NCBI GenBank assembly: GCA_944376655.1
Contig: CALWDJ010000001.1
Span: forward strand, 28,767 to 92,766
Length of the DNA stretch: 64,000 nucleotides
Direction: 5' to 3'
Source of the DNA: an uncultured Clostridia bacterium
Lineage (GTDB): Bacteria; Bacillota; Clostridia; Oscillospirales; Acutalibacteraceae
How positions within the stretch are numbered: position 1 is the stretch's first letter; each line of letters opens with the position of its first letter. Below, in pieces: positions 7,566 through 16,776 of this stretch. Under the pieces are notes generated by a model that was not told the origin of the DNA, ran no database searches, and worked only from the letters and a program-made list of their open reading frames with translations. A program made the translations under genes and the position numbers.

Positions 7566-8081
7566 TTAGTTCAACTCTGCTCTGAAACGAAGCAAGTACA
7601 TTTGTCGTAACCACTCTGGCTGTTTATCAAGTTCGGATTCCAATTTGATAAGCGTTCGCTTGCCAACCCTTCTGTCAAAAATCGCAAACATTCTGATTAG
7701 CGGATTATTTGAGCGTAGACTTTCTTGGATATCATGGTTGCGATAATTCTCGAGGGCATTACAAAATTCTTCATCAGTATATTCTGTTCGATCCGTTATA
7801 GGATGTTTATCAAGTAATGGCCAAAACTCTGCCCAATACTCGCCTGTACCGCTTGGATTCTTATTGCTTGTATATCCACTATCAATAAAATAGGAGTTTA
7901 CGGTTTCCCAAGAAAAGCGTTTCACTTGTTTGCCGTCAATACAAATCTCAAAGATGTGACATCCGTCCATCCCGACATAAGAAGTGCAGCCATATCTAAT
8001 TCTTCCTCGTAAGGATTCCGCTAGCATCTCCTGTTCCAAGTATTTTCTCATTCCGCTCCAAGAACCAAGTATATTGCCCAT
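7566..8081 (-). CDS. Hypothetical cytoplasmic protein (~171 aa), uncharacterised family
   Basis: The ORF is long and clean. A GGGAGG RBS precedes the internal ATG (MGNILGSW...). It looks lower in GC, and different in codon choice, than flanking genes by eye. No motif was recognised. Confidence 0.6.
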   Translation of the reverse strand: MGNILGSWSGMRKYLEQEMLAESLRGRIRYGCTSYVGMDGCHIFEICIDGKQVKRFSWETVNSYFIDSGYTSNKNPSGTGEYWAEFWPLLDKHPITDRTEYTDEEFCNALENYRNHDIQESLRSNNPLIRMFAIFDRRVGKRTLIKLESELDKQPEWLRQMYLLRFRAELN

Positions 8082-8110
8082 CTCATCACCTCCCTTTTCT
8101 TTAATATACC

Positions 8111-8155
8111 ACAAAAAGAAAATAACCGCAACCTTGTATCAAAGTTGCGGTTATT
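8111..8155 (-). terminator. Terminator of the tRNA-Ser transcription unit (minus strand)
   Basis: AATAACCGCAAC / GTTGCGGTTATT forms a 12-bp stem with an 11-nt loop. On the minus strand it is followed by TTTCTTTTTG. Confidence 0.6.
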
Positions 8156-8158
8156 CTT

Positions 8159-8252
8159 TGGCGGAGAAGAGGAGACTCGAACTCCTGCGCCGGGGTTTAG
8201 CCGGCCTACGCCCTTAGCAGGGGCGCCTCGTCACCAACTTGAGTACTTCTCC
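8159..8252 (-). tRNA. tRNA-Ser (anticodon GCU), CCA encoded
   Basis: The reverse complement folds as a cloverleaf. The acceptor is GGAGAAG/CTTCTCC, the anticodon arm is CGCCC-CTGCTAA-GGGCG, there is a long variable arm, and the T arm is AGGAG-TTCGAGT-CTCCT. Confidence 0.9.
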
Positions 8253-8287
8253 GAATTGCTGTACGTATTAAAAATATTCAGTTAAAA

Positions 8288-8375
8288 TGGCGGAGAGGAT
8301 GGGATTCGAACCCATGTGCCTTTTGGGCAAACGGTTTTCAAGACCGCCTCGTTATGACCGCTTCGATACCTCTCC
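8288..8375 (-). tRNA. tRNA-Ser (anticodon UGA), CCA encoded
   Basis: In the reverse complement the acceptor is GGAGAGG/CCTCTCC, the anticodon loop is CTTGAAA, there is a long variable arm, and the T loop is GGGTTCGAATCCC. Confidence 0.9.
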
Positions 8376-8392
8376 GTATCTGATACCTGATT

Positions 8393-8421
8393 ATTCTATC
8401 ATACCCGTTCGAGAATGTCAA
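8393..8421 (-). promoter_or_regulatory. Sigma-A promoter for the tRNA-Ser genes
   Basis: The minus strand reads TTGACA-17 nt-TAGAAT, ending about 17 nt upstream of the mature tRNA 5' end. Confidence 0.65.
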
Positions 8422-8425
8422 CATC

Positions 8426-8476
8426 AAATTATTAAATATTTTCACTTTACAAAATTATTAAATATTTTCATTTTAC
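8426..8476. repeat. Tandem 25/26-bp AT-rich duplication upstream of the tRNA promoter
   Basis: AAATTATTAAATATTTTCACTTTAC is followed by AAAATTATTAAATATTTTCATTTTAC. The copies differ by one mismatch and one indel. Confidence 0.8.
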
Positions 8477-8533
8477 AGGCTCAAAAGCTCAGGTGCCAAA
8501 TGGTTAAAAAAAGGTTACAATGAGCGCAAAAGG

Positions 8534-8563
8534 TTGACTTTTATGCGTATTTTTTGGTAGAAT
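8534..8563 (+). promoter_or_regulatory. Sigma-A promoter for yicC
   Basis: TTGACT-18 nt-TAGAAT, with a TGG extended -10. Confidence 0.55.
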
Positions 8564-8605
8564 AATAAGAAACATAATGGGTCAATATTTTTTGGAAGTG
8601 AAACT

Positions 8606-9484
8606 ATGGTCAGAAGTATGACCGGCTTCGGCCGGGGAAAGGCCGCGGCAGACGGACTTGATATCACCGTTGAGCTCAAATCTGTCAATCACAGGTATTT
8701 TGAGTTTTCTTCACGCCTTCCGAAGGGTTATATGTTTCTTGACGAAAAACTAAAGAGCTTTTGTCAGAACCGTATATCAAGAGGAAAGCTCGAAGCGTCG
8801 GTAATAATAGAGGAATCCGGCGGCGGCGATACTGCGGTCGAGCTTAATGAGAATTATGCCGATTCGTTTATAACAGCGCTTAAAAATCTTTCGGAACGGT
8901 ATAAAATCAAAAACGATGTTAAAGTATCGGACCTTGCGGGGATACCGGAGCTTTTTATCCTGAAAAAGCATACCGTTCCCGATGAAACGGTTGCCGCCGC
9001 GGTGATTGAGGCTGCCGGTGAAGCGATGGACAGCTTTCTCGCCATGCGTGAGGCCGAGGGCGAACGCCTTAAAAAAGATGTTGCCGGACGCTGTGAGTTT
9101 ATTCTTGAAAAGGTTTCCTATATAGAGGAACGCTCCCCTGAGACTGTAACGGCTTACAGAGAAAGGCTTGAGCAAAAAATCAAAGAGCTCATAGCCGATG
9201 TTCAGGTCGATGAGCAGAGGCTTCTGACCGAGACGGCGATTTTCGCCGACAAGGTTGCCGTCGCCGAAGAAACCGTGCGTTTAAGGAGCCATATTAAACA
9301 GTTCTGCGACCTGCTTGACTCGGACGTACCGGTAGGCAGGAAGCTTGATTTTATTGTGCAGGAAATGAACCGTGAAGTGAATACCATCGGTTCAAAGGCG
9401 CAGGATATATCGATTGCCCACACGGTGGTTGATATTAAATCCGAGATTGAAAAAATCAGGGAACAGATTCAGAACATAGAGTAA
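8606..9484 (+). CDS. YicC-family stress-induced protein
   Basis: It has the N-terminal SMTGFGRG and the C-terminal FIVQEMNREVNTIGSKA motif. It occupies the yloC position in the Bacillus-type synteny. Confidence 0.88.
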   Translation: MVRSMTGFGRGKAAADGLDITVELKSVNHRYFEFSSRLPKGYMFLDEKLKSFCQNRISRGKLEASVIIEESGGGDTAVELNENYADSFITALKNLSERYKIKNDVKVSDLAGIPELFILKKHTVPDETVAAAVIEAAGEAMDSFLAMREAEGERLKKDVAGRCEFILEKVSYIEERSPETVTAYRERLEQKIKELIADVQVDEQRLLTETAIFADKVAVAEETVRLRSHIKQFCDLLDSDVPVGRKLDFIVQEMNREVNTIGSKAQDISIAHTVVDIKSEIEKIREQIQNIE

Positions 9485-9506
9485 TTCTTTAAGGGGAAAT
9501 GTTTAA

Positions 9507-9779
9507 ATGAAACTCGTAAATATAGGCTTCGGGAATATGGTTTCGGCAAACCGCATGGTGGCTATTGTCAGTCCGGAATCGGCACCGATAAAGCGTGTTA
9601 TACAGGACGCCAAGGAGCGCGGCACGCTTATTGATGCAACACACGGCAGACGTACAAGAGCCGTCATAATAACCGACAGTGACCATATTATTCTTACTTA
9701 TCTTCAGTCTGAAACAGTCGCCAACCGTATGACGGAGGACGAGGACACTATTGAGGAAGAGGAGGAAGAAGATGAGTAA
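9507..9779 (+). CDS. remA: RemA/DUF370 family regulator, with an unusual acidic C-terminal tail
   Basis: [28 protein letters not shown]...[14 protein letters not shown] is near-identical in pattern to B. subtilis RemA. The tail reads [14 protein letters not shown]. Confidence 0.88.
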   Translation: MKLVNIGFGNMVSANRMVAIVSPESAPIKRVIQDAKERGTLIDATHGRRTRAVIITDSDHIILTYLQSETVANRMTEDEDTIEEEEEEDE

Positions 9780-10380
9780 AGGCGGTGTATTTGTAGTTTC
9801 CGGTCCGTCAGGCTCCGGAAAAGATACGGTTTTAAAAGGCCTTTTCGCGGAAAATCCCGATATTCTGTTCTCGATTTCCTCAATTACGAGAGCGATGCGT
9901 CCCGGTGAAAGGGAAGGCGAAAAGTATAATTTCATTTCAAGGGAACACTTTGAGGAAATGATTAAAAACGATTTGCTGCTTGAGCATAATGTTTTTGTGG
10001 GTAACTATTACGGAACTCCGCGTATTCCGGTTGAAAAAGCGGTTTCCGAGGGCAGGGATATCATTATCGAGGTCGATGTGAACGGAGCGGCGCAGATACG
10101 TAAAAAACTGCCTGAAGCCGTAACGGTTTTCATAATGCCGCCATCCTTTGAGGAGCTTAAAAGAAGGCTTGTGGGCAGAGGAACCGAATCCGAGGAGCTT
10201 ATAGAAAAAAGGCTCCGGAGCGCGCTTGACGAGATAAAACGCGCCGAGGAATACGATTATATTATTGTAAACGATGACGCGGCGGCCGCTTCTCAGTCGC
10301 TTATGTCCGTTATAAAAGCCTGCCGTCTTAAAACCGAAAGGCAGAAAAATATTATCAATGAGGTGCTTGAAAAATGCTGA
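9772..10380 (+). CDS. gmk: Guanylate kinase
   Basis: The P-loop GPSGSGKDT is present, and YYGTP matches guanylate kinase. I prefer the internal ATG (MSKGGVFVV). Confidence 0.92.
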   Translation: MSKGGVFVVSGPSGSGKDTVLKGLFAENPDILFSISSITRAMRPGEREGEKYNFISREHFEEMIKNDLLLEHNVFVGNYYGTPRIPVEKAVSEGRDIIIEVDVNGAAQIRKKLPEAVTVFIMPPSFEELKRRLVGRGTESEELIEKRLRSALDEIKRAEEYDYIIVNDDAAAASQSLMSVIKACRLKTERQKNIINEVLEKC

Positions 10381-10559
10381 ATCCGAATATAGGAAAGCTC
10401 ATTCAGAGCTATGACAACAGATACCGTCTTGTAATAGACGTTGCGCATACGGCGCGTGAAATAGCTAAAAAAATGCAGGAGACAGGGGACATATCCACCG
10501 AAAAGCCTGTAAGTATCGCGATTGACAGGCTCGCTTCCGAAATCAAGACTGAAAACTGA
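10374..10559 (+). CDS. rpoZ: DNA-directed RNA polymerase subunit omega
   Basis: A 61-aa protein with the NRYRLVIDVAHTAREI motif. It sits after gmk. Confidence 0.85.
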   Translation: MLNPNIGKLIQSYDNRYRLVIDVAHTAREIAKKMQETGDISTEKPVSIAIDRLASEIKTEN

Positions 10560-10580
10560 TTTTAACCGGAGGAAAGAATT

Positions 10581-13007
10581 ATGACGGGAGTAACGGCCGA
10601 GATAGCGCTTGAAGGCGCTTCTTTCTCGTTTGACAGGCTTTATACCTATACAGTTCCTCCCGTGCTTTTCGGTTCGGCTCTTCCGGGCTGCAGAGTTCTG
10701 GTTCCGTTCGGCAGGGGAAACACAAAAAAGCAGGGAATAATTTTTTCTGTCGGCAAAGGTGAGCTTAAAGGACTGAAAAATATTTTTTCGGTTATCGATA
10801 AGGCTCCGGTGCTTAACGATGAGCTGCTGAAGCTGTGTGAATATATGAAAGAGCACTGCTTCTGCACTTATTATGACGCGGTTCACGCAGTGCTGCCGGC
10901 CGGCCTCAGCTACAGACTTATAAATTACTATTCGGTCAACGACGAATTTGCGTCGCTTACACTGCTTGATGACAGCGAGAAAGCGGTTTATAATCTTCTT
11001 GCCGAAAAAGGCGAGCGTGATGCGGATTATATAAAAAAGCACGTCGGCGCGGATTCTGCGCTGCTTGAAGAAATGTGCGAAAAGCAGGCTCTTACAAAAA
11101 ACAGAGATGCCAAGCGCCGCATTAATGACGCTACGGAAAGATATGTCAGGTCATCGGCGGAGTTTGACGAGCTTGACAGTCTCAAGCTCACCGACCGCCA
11201 GCGTGAGGTTATGGAGCTTGTGACCGCCTCGGGAAGCGTCAGCATAAAGGAAATACGCTATTTTACCGGTGTTTCGCTCTCGGTTATAGATAATCTCATA
11301 AAAAAGGAAATACTGATATGCTTTGATAAGCGTGTTTACAGAACCGATAATCCGGCGGAAAAAGCTGACGAAAACGGCGAGATTTCACTTACAGACGAAC
11401 AGCAGGCGGCATATGACGGACTGGTTGATGAATATAATAAAAACAGCGGAGCCGTCTCGCTGCTGTACGGTGTAACAGGATCCGGCAAAACGCAGGTTTT
11501 TCTCAAGCTGGCGGACAAGGTATCAGCCGAAGGGCGCGGCGTTATTGTAATGGTGCCGGAAATTTCCCTTACTCCGCAGATGATAGGCATTTTCAGAAAA
11601 AGATACGCCGATAAGGTGGCTGTTTTTCACAGCGCCATGCCTGTCGGCAGAAGAATGGACGAATGGCAGCGCATAAAGGAAGGCAAGGCGGTTATCGCAG
11701 TAGGCACAAGAAGCGCCGTTTTCGCTCCTTTTTCAGACTTGGGACTTATTATAATCGATGAGGAGCAGGAGCACACATATAAATCAGAGCAGTCTCCGCG
11801 TTTCCACGCGAGAGAGCTCGCGGCTTTCAGGGCAAAGTACCATAAAGGTCTTCTGTGTCTTTCCTCGGCGACACCGTCGGTCGAGAGCTTTACCGCGGCA
11901 AAGAGCGGAAAATACTCAATGTTCAGGCTTTCAGGCAGGTACGGCGGAGCGGTTCTTCCAAAGGTTGAAACCGTTGATATGAAGCAGGAGCTGCTTGAGG
12001 GCAACAGTTCAGGCATAAGCCGCAGGCTTTATCAGGCGGCAAAAGAAACTTTAGGCAATGGTAAACAGGTTATTCTTCTGCTTAACAGACGGGGACACAA
12101 CACATATATTTCCTGTCCTGACTGCGGATATGTTATGTCATGTCCGAACTGCAGCATTTCACTGACGTACCACTCTGCAAATCACCGGCTTATGTGCCAT
12201 TACTGCGGCTACTCCGAAAAAGCGGACACAAAATGTCCGCAGTGCGGCGGAGAAAGAATGAAATTTCTCGGAGCCGGAACCCAGAAAATCGAGGACGAGC
12301 TGCACGGAATTTTTCCGGACGCGCGTATTTTAAGGCTTGACGCGGACAGCACGGCGGCGAGGGATTCTTATTCGGAATATTTAGGCGCTTTTGCCGCGGG
12401 AGAATATGATATTCTTCTCGGAACGCAGATGGTCGCAAAGGGTCTTGATTTTCCGAATGTCACTCTTGTCGGTGTTCTGGGGGCGGACAGCGCCGCTTTC
12501 AGTGAGGATTTCAGGAGCTTTGAGCGCACATTTTCGCTCCTTACACAGGTTGTCGGCAGAGCGGGACGGGGAAGTGAAAAGGGACTTGCGATTATTCAGT
12601 CGGTTAATCCTGACAGCAATATTATTTCTCTTGCCGCGAAGCAGGATTACGACGGCTTTTATGAAGAAGAAATACTCACAAGGAAGCTGATGATTTACCC
12701 GCCTTACTGTGATATATGCGTAACGGCCGTCAGGTCGTCGTCGCGCCAAAACGCCCAGACAGCGGTTAATGAGGTTTTTTCAAATATAAAACAGATGATA
12801 TCGAACGGATATTCCGATGTAAAGGTTATTATACTCGGACCTGCGCCCGCACAGATACCGGTTGTAAACAATAAATACAGATTCAGAATGATAATAAAAT
12901 GCCGCGCCGGAAAGCGTTTCAGGGAAATGCTAAGGAAGGCGATTGACATAAAGCTCACGGGTGATACCGCTGTCGCGGTCGATATAAACCCCGAAACGGT
13001 CATTTAA
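10581..13007 (+). CDS. priA: Primosomal replication-restart helicase PriA
   Basis: It has Walker A GVTGSGKT, DEEQEHTYK (DExH-like), and four CxxC zinc pairs (CPDCG, CPNCS, CHYCG, CPQCG). Confidence 0.93.
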   Translation: MTGVTAEIALEGASFSFDRLYTYTVPPVLFGSALPGCRVLVPFGRGNTKKQGIIFSVGKGELKGLKNIFSVIDKAPVLNDELLKLCEYMKEHCFCTYYDAVHAVLPAGLSYRLINYYSVNDEFASLTLLDDSEKAVYNLLAEKGERDADYIKKHVGADSALLEEMCEKQALTKNRDAKRRINDATERYVRSSAEFDELDSLKLTDRQREVMELVTASGSVSIKEIRYFTGVSLSVIDNLIKKEILICFDKRVYRTDNPAEKADENGEISLTDEQQAAYDGLVDEYNKNSGAVSLLYGVTGSGKTQVFLKLADKVSAEGRGVIVMVPEISLTPQMIGIFRKRYADKVAVFHSAMPVGRRMDEWQRIKEGKAVIAVGTRSAVFAPFSDLGLIIIDEEQEHTYKSEQSPRFHARELAAFRAKYHKGLLCLSSATPSVESFTAAKSGKYSMFRLSGRYGGAVLPKVETVDMKQELLEGNSSGISRRLYQAAKETLGNGKQVILLLNRRGHNTYISCPDCGYVMSCPNCSISLTYHSANHRLMCHYCGYSEKADTKCPQCGGERMKFLGAGTQKIEDELHGIFPDARILRLDADSTAARDSYSEYLGAFAAGEYDILLGTQMVAKGLDFPNVTLVGVLGADSAAFSEDFRSFERTFSLLTQVVGRAGRGSEKGLAIIQSVNPDSNIISLAAKQDYDGFYEEEILTRKLMIYPPYCDICVTAVRSSSRQNAQTAVNEVFSNIKQMISNGYSDVKVIILGPAPAQIPVVNNKYRFRMIIKCRAGKRFREMLRKAIDIKLTGDTAVAVDINPETVI

Positions 13008-13026
13008 AAAACAGGAGGTAATTATT

Positions 13027-13491
13027 TTGGCGATACGAAATATTGTAAAGCTGGGCGATGATATACTGCGGAAAGTCTGCCGCACACAGCTTACCTTTGA
13101 CGACCGGCTTGCAATGATTCTTGACGATATGGCGGACACGATGTACCGTGCCGAAGGCGTAGGCCTTGCCGCGCCGCAGGTGGGAATACTTAGAAGATAC
13201 TGCGTTGTTGACGTAGGGGACGGTATTATTGAGCTTGTAAACCCTGTTATAGAAAAGCAGAGCGGCAGGCAGGAGGGTGAGGAAGGCTGCCTTTCAATTC
13301 CCGGCAAATACGATACTGTTATACGTCCGATGAAGGTAAGAGTCCACGCGCAGGACAGAAACGGAAAGCCCTTCACACTGACCGCTGAAGGCTTCAAAGC
13401 GAGAGCTATATGCCATGAGATTGACCATCTTGACGGCATACTTTATATAGATAAGGTTGTAAAAAAATCCGGCTCAGAGGTAAATAAATGA
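13027..13491 (+). CDS. def: Peptide deformylase
   Basis: Motifs GVGLAAPQ, EGCLSIPG and HEIDHLDG are present. It uses a TTG start with a GGAGG RBS. Confidence 0.93.
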   Translation: MAIRNIVKLGDDILRKVCRTQLTFDDRLAMILDDMADTMYRAEGVGLAAPQVGILRRYCVVDVGDGIIELVNPVIEKQSGRQEGEEGCLSIPGKYDTVIRPMKVRVHAQDRNGKPFTLTAEGFKARAICHEIDHLDGILYIDKVVKKSGSEVNK

Positions 13492-14414
13492 AAATAGTTT
13501 TTATGGGGACCCCAGACTATGCCGTGCCGACGCTTGAGGCGCTGGTAAACGCAGGACATACTGTTGCGGCTGTTTTCGCCCAGCCGGATAAGCCAGCAGG
13601 AAGAAAGCATACAATTACGCCGCCGCCTGTAAAGGTCTGCGCGCAGAAACTCGGCATTCCGGTATATCAGCCGGTTACGCTTAAAAACGGCGAGGCGGCG
13701 CAGCAGATAAGGGATATATCGCCTGACGCTATCGTGGTTGTGGCATACGGAAAAATCCTTCCAGCCGATATTCTCTCGGTACCTAAATACGGGTGTGTCA
13801 ACGCCCATGCTTCACTTCTTCCGAAATACAGGGGAGCATCTCCGATACAGTGGTGCATTGTCTGCGGAGAGCAAAAAACCGGTATTACCACAATGCTTAT
13901 GGACGAAGGTATGGACACCGGCGATATATTTGAAACCTTAACAGTTGATATCGGGGCGGAAGAAACTGCGGAAGAACTTTTTGAAAGACTGGCGCCATTA
14001 AGCGCGGAGCTTACTGTAAAAACACTCAGTGATATCGAAAGCGGAGCGGTCAAGCCTGTAAAGCAGGACAATAATGAAGCGACATACGCGCCGATAATCA
14101 AAAAGGAAATGGCGCTGCTTGATTTTAAAGAAAAAACCGCCGAACAAATATGCAATGCCGTAAGAGGCTTTTACTCGTGGCCGTGCGCATATTTCTTTTA
14201 TGACGGCAGACGTATTAAAGTAATCAAGGCCGTGACTGCCGGAAAAACTGCCGCTGACGCCGGCACGGTAACGGAAAGCGGCGACCGGCTTGTGATTGCC
14301 TGCAAGGACGGTACTTGCGTAAGCCTTGTTACGGTTCAGCCGGAGGGCTCAAAGCCGATGACCGCAAAGCAGATGCTCTGCGGCAGACCGATACCGGCCG
14401 GAACTGTTATCTGA
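13488..14414 (+). CDS. fmt: Methionyl-tRNA formyltransferase
   Basis: It has N-terminal IVFMGTPDYAV and HASLLPKYRGASPIQ. The start is coupled to the def stop. Confidence 0.93.
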   Translation: MKIVFMGTPDYAVPTLEALVNAGHTVAAVFAQPDKPAGRKHTITPPPVKVCAQKLGIPVYQPVTLKNGEAAQQIRDISPDAIVVVAYGKILPADILSVPKYGCVNAHASLLPKYRGASPIQWCIVCGEQKTGITTMLMDEGMDTGDIFETLTVDIGAEETAEELFERLAPLSAELTVKTLSDIESGAVKPVKQDNNEATYAPIIKKEMALLDFKEKTAEQICNAVRGFYSWPCAYFFYDGRRIKVIKAVTAGKTAADAGTVTESGDRLVIACKDGTCVSLVTVQPEGSKPMTAKQMLCGRPIPAGTVI

Positions 14415-14427
14415 CAGGAGCTTTAAA

Positions 14428-15699
14428 ATGCCTAATGCGAGAAAAACGGCGGTAACCGCGCTTTTAAAGGTCGAAAACGACGCCGCCTATTCCAATATTG
14501 CGCTTAATGCCGTTCTTAACGAAAGCGGACTTGAGGGCGCGGACAGGGCGTTTGCTTCGGCGCTTTTCTACGGAGTGCTTGACCGCAGGATAACATTGGA
14601 CTATGTGCTTTCACTGTTCATTAAAACCCCTTTAAAAAAAGTCGCTCCCTTTACTCTTACGGTTCTGCGGCTTGCCGTATGGCAGATAATGTTTTCTGAT
14701 AAAATTCCTGACAGCGCCGCGGTCAACGAAGCCGTAAAGCTGGTGAAGAATTCACGGGAAGGCAGAAACGCCGGTTTTGTAAACGCCGTGCTGAGAAATA
14801 TTATCCGCAGCCAAATAAATCTTCCTGAAGATAAGAGCGTAAAAAGCCTTTCGGTCAGGTATTCATGCCCTGAATGGATTATAAACAGCTTTATAGAAGA
14901 TTACGGATACGATAACGCGGTCTTACTGCTTGAGGAAAGCCTTAAAACACCGCCTTTGACCGTAAGGGTGAATACAATAATAACAGATAGGTCCTCTCTT
15001 ATGAAGGAGCTTATAAAACAGGGTATTCCCTGTGAGGAGACCGATACAGAAAACGCTCTCGTGATTACGGGCGGTATGGATATTTCGGGAAACGATTTAT
15101 ATAAATCCGGCTTTTTTTACGCGGAAGACACCGCTTCTCAAAAGGCGATGGCGGTATTATCCCCGTCAAAGGGAGAAAGAATGCTCGATATGTGCGCCGC
15201 GCCCGGAGGCAAGAGCTTTACGGCGGCACAGTATATGGAAAATACCGGCGAGATAACAGCGTGCGACCTTTATCCCAAGCGTACCGCGCTGATTGAAAAA
15301 GGCGCGCAGAGGCTTGGAATACGCATTCTTAAATCAGTTTGTCAGGACGCTTTGGTTCATAATGACAGCTTCGGTCTTTTTGACTGCGTGCTTTGCGACG
15401 TGCCGTGCTCGGGTCTCGGTGTAATGCGCAGGAAACCGGAAATAAAGTACAAGCCGGAAACTGACCTTGAGCCGCTTGAAAAGACACAGCTTAAAATACT
15501 TGAAAACGCAGCCTCATATCTCAAGGAAAAGGGTAGAATAATGTATTCAACCTGCACGCTGAGAAAGGCGGAAAATGAAAATCTTGTAAAAACCTTTCTT
15601 TTGGAGTATAATGGTTTTCATAAAGCGTTTGAACATACCTTTATGCCGCATACAGACGGAACCGACGGTTTCTACTGCGCGCTGCTTGTTAAGGACTGA
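14428..15699 (+). CDS. rsmB: 16S rRNA (cytosine967-C5)-methyltransferase
   Basis: There is a NusB-like N-terminus, the SAM motif DMCAAPGGK, and catalytic cysteines in DVPCSG and YSTCT. Confidence 0.9.
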   Translation: MPNARKTAVTALLKVENDAAYSNIALNAVLNESGLEGADRAFASALFYGVLDRRITLDYVLSLFIKTPLKKVAPFTLTVLRLAVWQIMFSDKIPDSAAVNEAVKLVKNSREGRNAGFVNAVLRNIIRSQINLPEDKSVKSLSVRYSCPEWIINSFIEDYGYDNAVLLLEESLKTPPLTVRVNTIITDRSSLMKELIKQGIPCEETDTENALVITGGMDISGNDLYKSGFFYAEDTASQKAMAVLSPSKGERMLDMCAAPGGKSFTAAQYMENTGEITACDLYPKRTALIEKGAQRLGIRILKSVCQDALVHNDSFGLFDCVLCDVPCSGLGVMRRKPEIKYKPETDLEPLEKTQLKILENAASYLKEKGRIMYSTCTLRKAENENLVKTFLLEYNGFHKAFEHTFMPHTDGTDGFYCALLVKD

Positions 15700-15723
15700 A
15701 TTTACGGGGAGGAAACGCCGCTT

Positions 15724-16776
15724 TTGGATAAAACCGATATCAGGTCGATGTATCTTTCTGAGCTTGAAGAATATGTCAGCAATTTCGGTCAGCCGAAATT
15801 CCGTGCCGTGCAGCTGTATAAATGGCTTCAGTCGGGCGTTTCTTCGTTTGACGAAATGACGAATATTCCTGCTTCGTTCAGGTTGGAGCTTGACAAAACA
15901 GCATATGTTGCCGGTGTGAAAATTTGCAGGCGTTACGCCTCAAAGCTCGATGAAACGGTAAAATACGTATATGAGCTTTATGACGGTGAATATATTGAAT
16001 CGGTGCTTATGAAGTACGAACACGGCTATACCGTATGTATTTCAACGCAGGTCGGCTGCAGAATGGGCTGTGCGTTCTGCGCGTCCGGCATAAACGGCAG
16101 AACAAGAGATTTGACAGCTTCGGAAATGTGCGCTCAGATAACAGCCGCCGAAAGGGACAACGGAATAAGGGTCTCAAATATTGTAATGATGGGAATGGGA
16201 GAGCCGCTCGATAACTTCGACAACACGGTAAGATTTTTAAAACTTGTGTCGGACAGCGGCGGAATAAATATAGGGCTTCGCCATATTTCGCTTTCGACAT
16301 CAGGCGTGGTCAGCGGAATAAAAAAGCTCGCCGAATACAATTTTCCCATAACTTTATCGGTATCGCTTCACGCGCCGTTTGACGAAATACGTTCAAAAAT
16401 GATGCCGGTAAACAGAAAATGGCACATTGCGGAGCTTCTTGCCGCGTGCAGGGAATACCAGAAAGTCACCACCAGACGTATTTCTTTTGAGTACGCGCTT
16501 ATTGACGGCGTTAACGACAGTGATATCTGTGCCGAACAGCTGTCAAAAATACTTAAGGGCATTATGTGCCATGTAAATCTTATACCTGCAAATCCGGTGA
16601 AAGAAAACAGCTTTAAAAAACCGGACAGAAATAAAATCCTTTATTTTAAGGAACAGCTTATAAAAAGAGGCGTAAACGCCACGGTCCGCAGAACTCTCGG
16701 AGCAGATATCGATGCTTCCTGCGGACAGCTCAGAAAGCGCATAAAAGAGGGGGGAGACAGTGAAAATATTCAGTAA
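15724..16776 (+). CDS. rlmN: 23S rRNA/tRNA (adenine-C2)-methyltransferase, radical SAM
   Basis: It has CRMGCAFC (CxxxCxxC), GMGEPL and a C-terminal DIDASCGQL. The exact start is uncertain, either TTG at 15724 or an internal ATG. Confidence 0.9.
   Translation: MDKTDIRSMYLSELEEYVSNFGQPKFRAVQLYKWLQSGVSSFDEMTNIPASFRLELDKTAYVAGVKICRRYASKLDETVKYVYELYDGEYIESVLMKYEHGYTVCISTQVGCRMGCAFCASGINGRTRDLTASEMCAQITAAERDNGIRVSNIVMMGMGEPLDNFDNTVRFLKLVSDSGGINIGLRHISLSTSGVVSGIKKLAEYNFPITLSVSLHAPFDEIRSKMMPVNRKWHIAELLAACREYQKVTTRRISFEYALIDGVNDSDICAEQLSKILKGIMCHVNLIPANPVKENSFKKPDRNKILYFKEQLIKRGVNATVRRTLGADIDASCGQLRKRIKEGGDSENIQ

Noticed and set aside
7023-8158. An intact prophage or integrative element at tRNA-Ser.
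   Set aside because: No integrase, excisionase or phage gene is present, and I could not find a duplicate of the tRNA 3' end. At most this is a decayed remnant (see findings).
7984-8523. Plus-strand ORFs 7984-8217 and 8287-8523.
   Set aside because: They overlap the two tRNA-Ser genes and their promoter. Their translations are simply the antisense reading of tRNA sequence.
9730-9779. The RemA acidic tail overlapping the gmk upstream region as a possible frameshift or fusion.
   Set aside because: remA has its own in-frame stop at 9777-9779 and gmk has a plausible ATG at 9772. This is a simple 8-nt overlap of two normal genes.
10293-11042. A 249-aa minus-strand ORF. Many similar antisense ORFs are in the track, for example 12930-13439, 13667-14155, 17687-18250, 40729-41247, 47005-47529, 52865-53308, 54298-54786, 60532-60987 and 63124-63762.
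   Set aside because: Each lies entirely antisense to a plus-strand gene with strong motif support (gmk/rpoZ/priA, def, fmt, prkC, nfnB, addA, dacB, murI, lon, asnS). Their translations are low-complexity or Arg/Ser/Cys-rich with no motifs or RBS. They are typical shadow ORFs.
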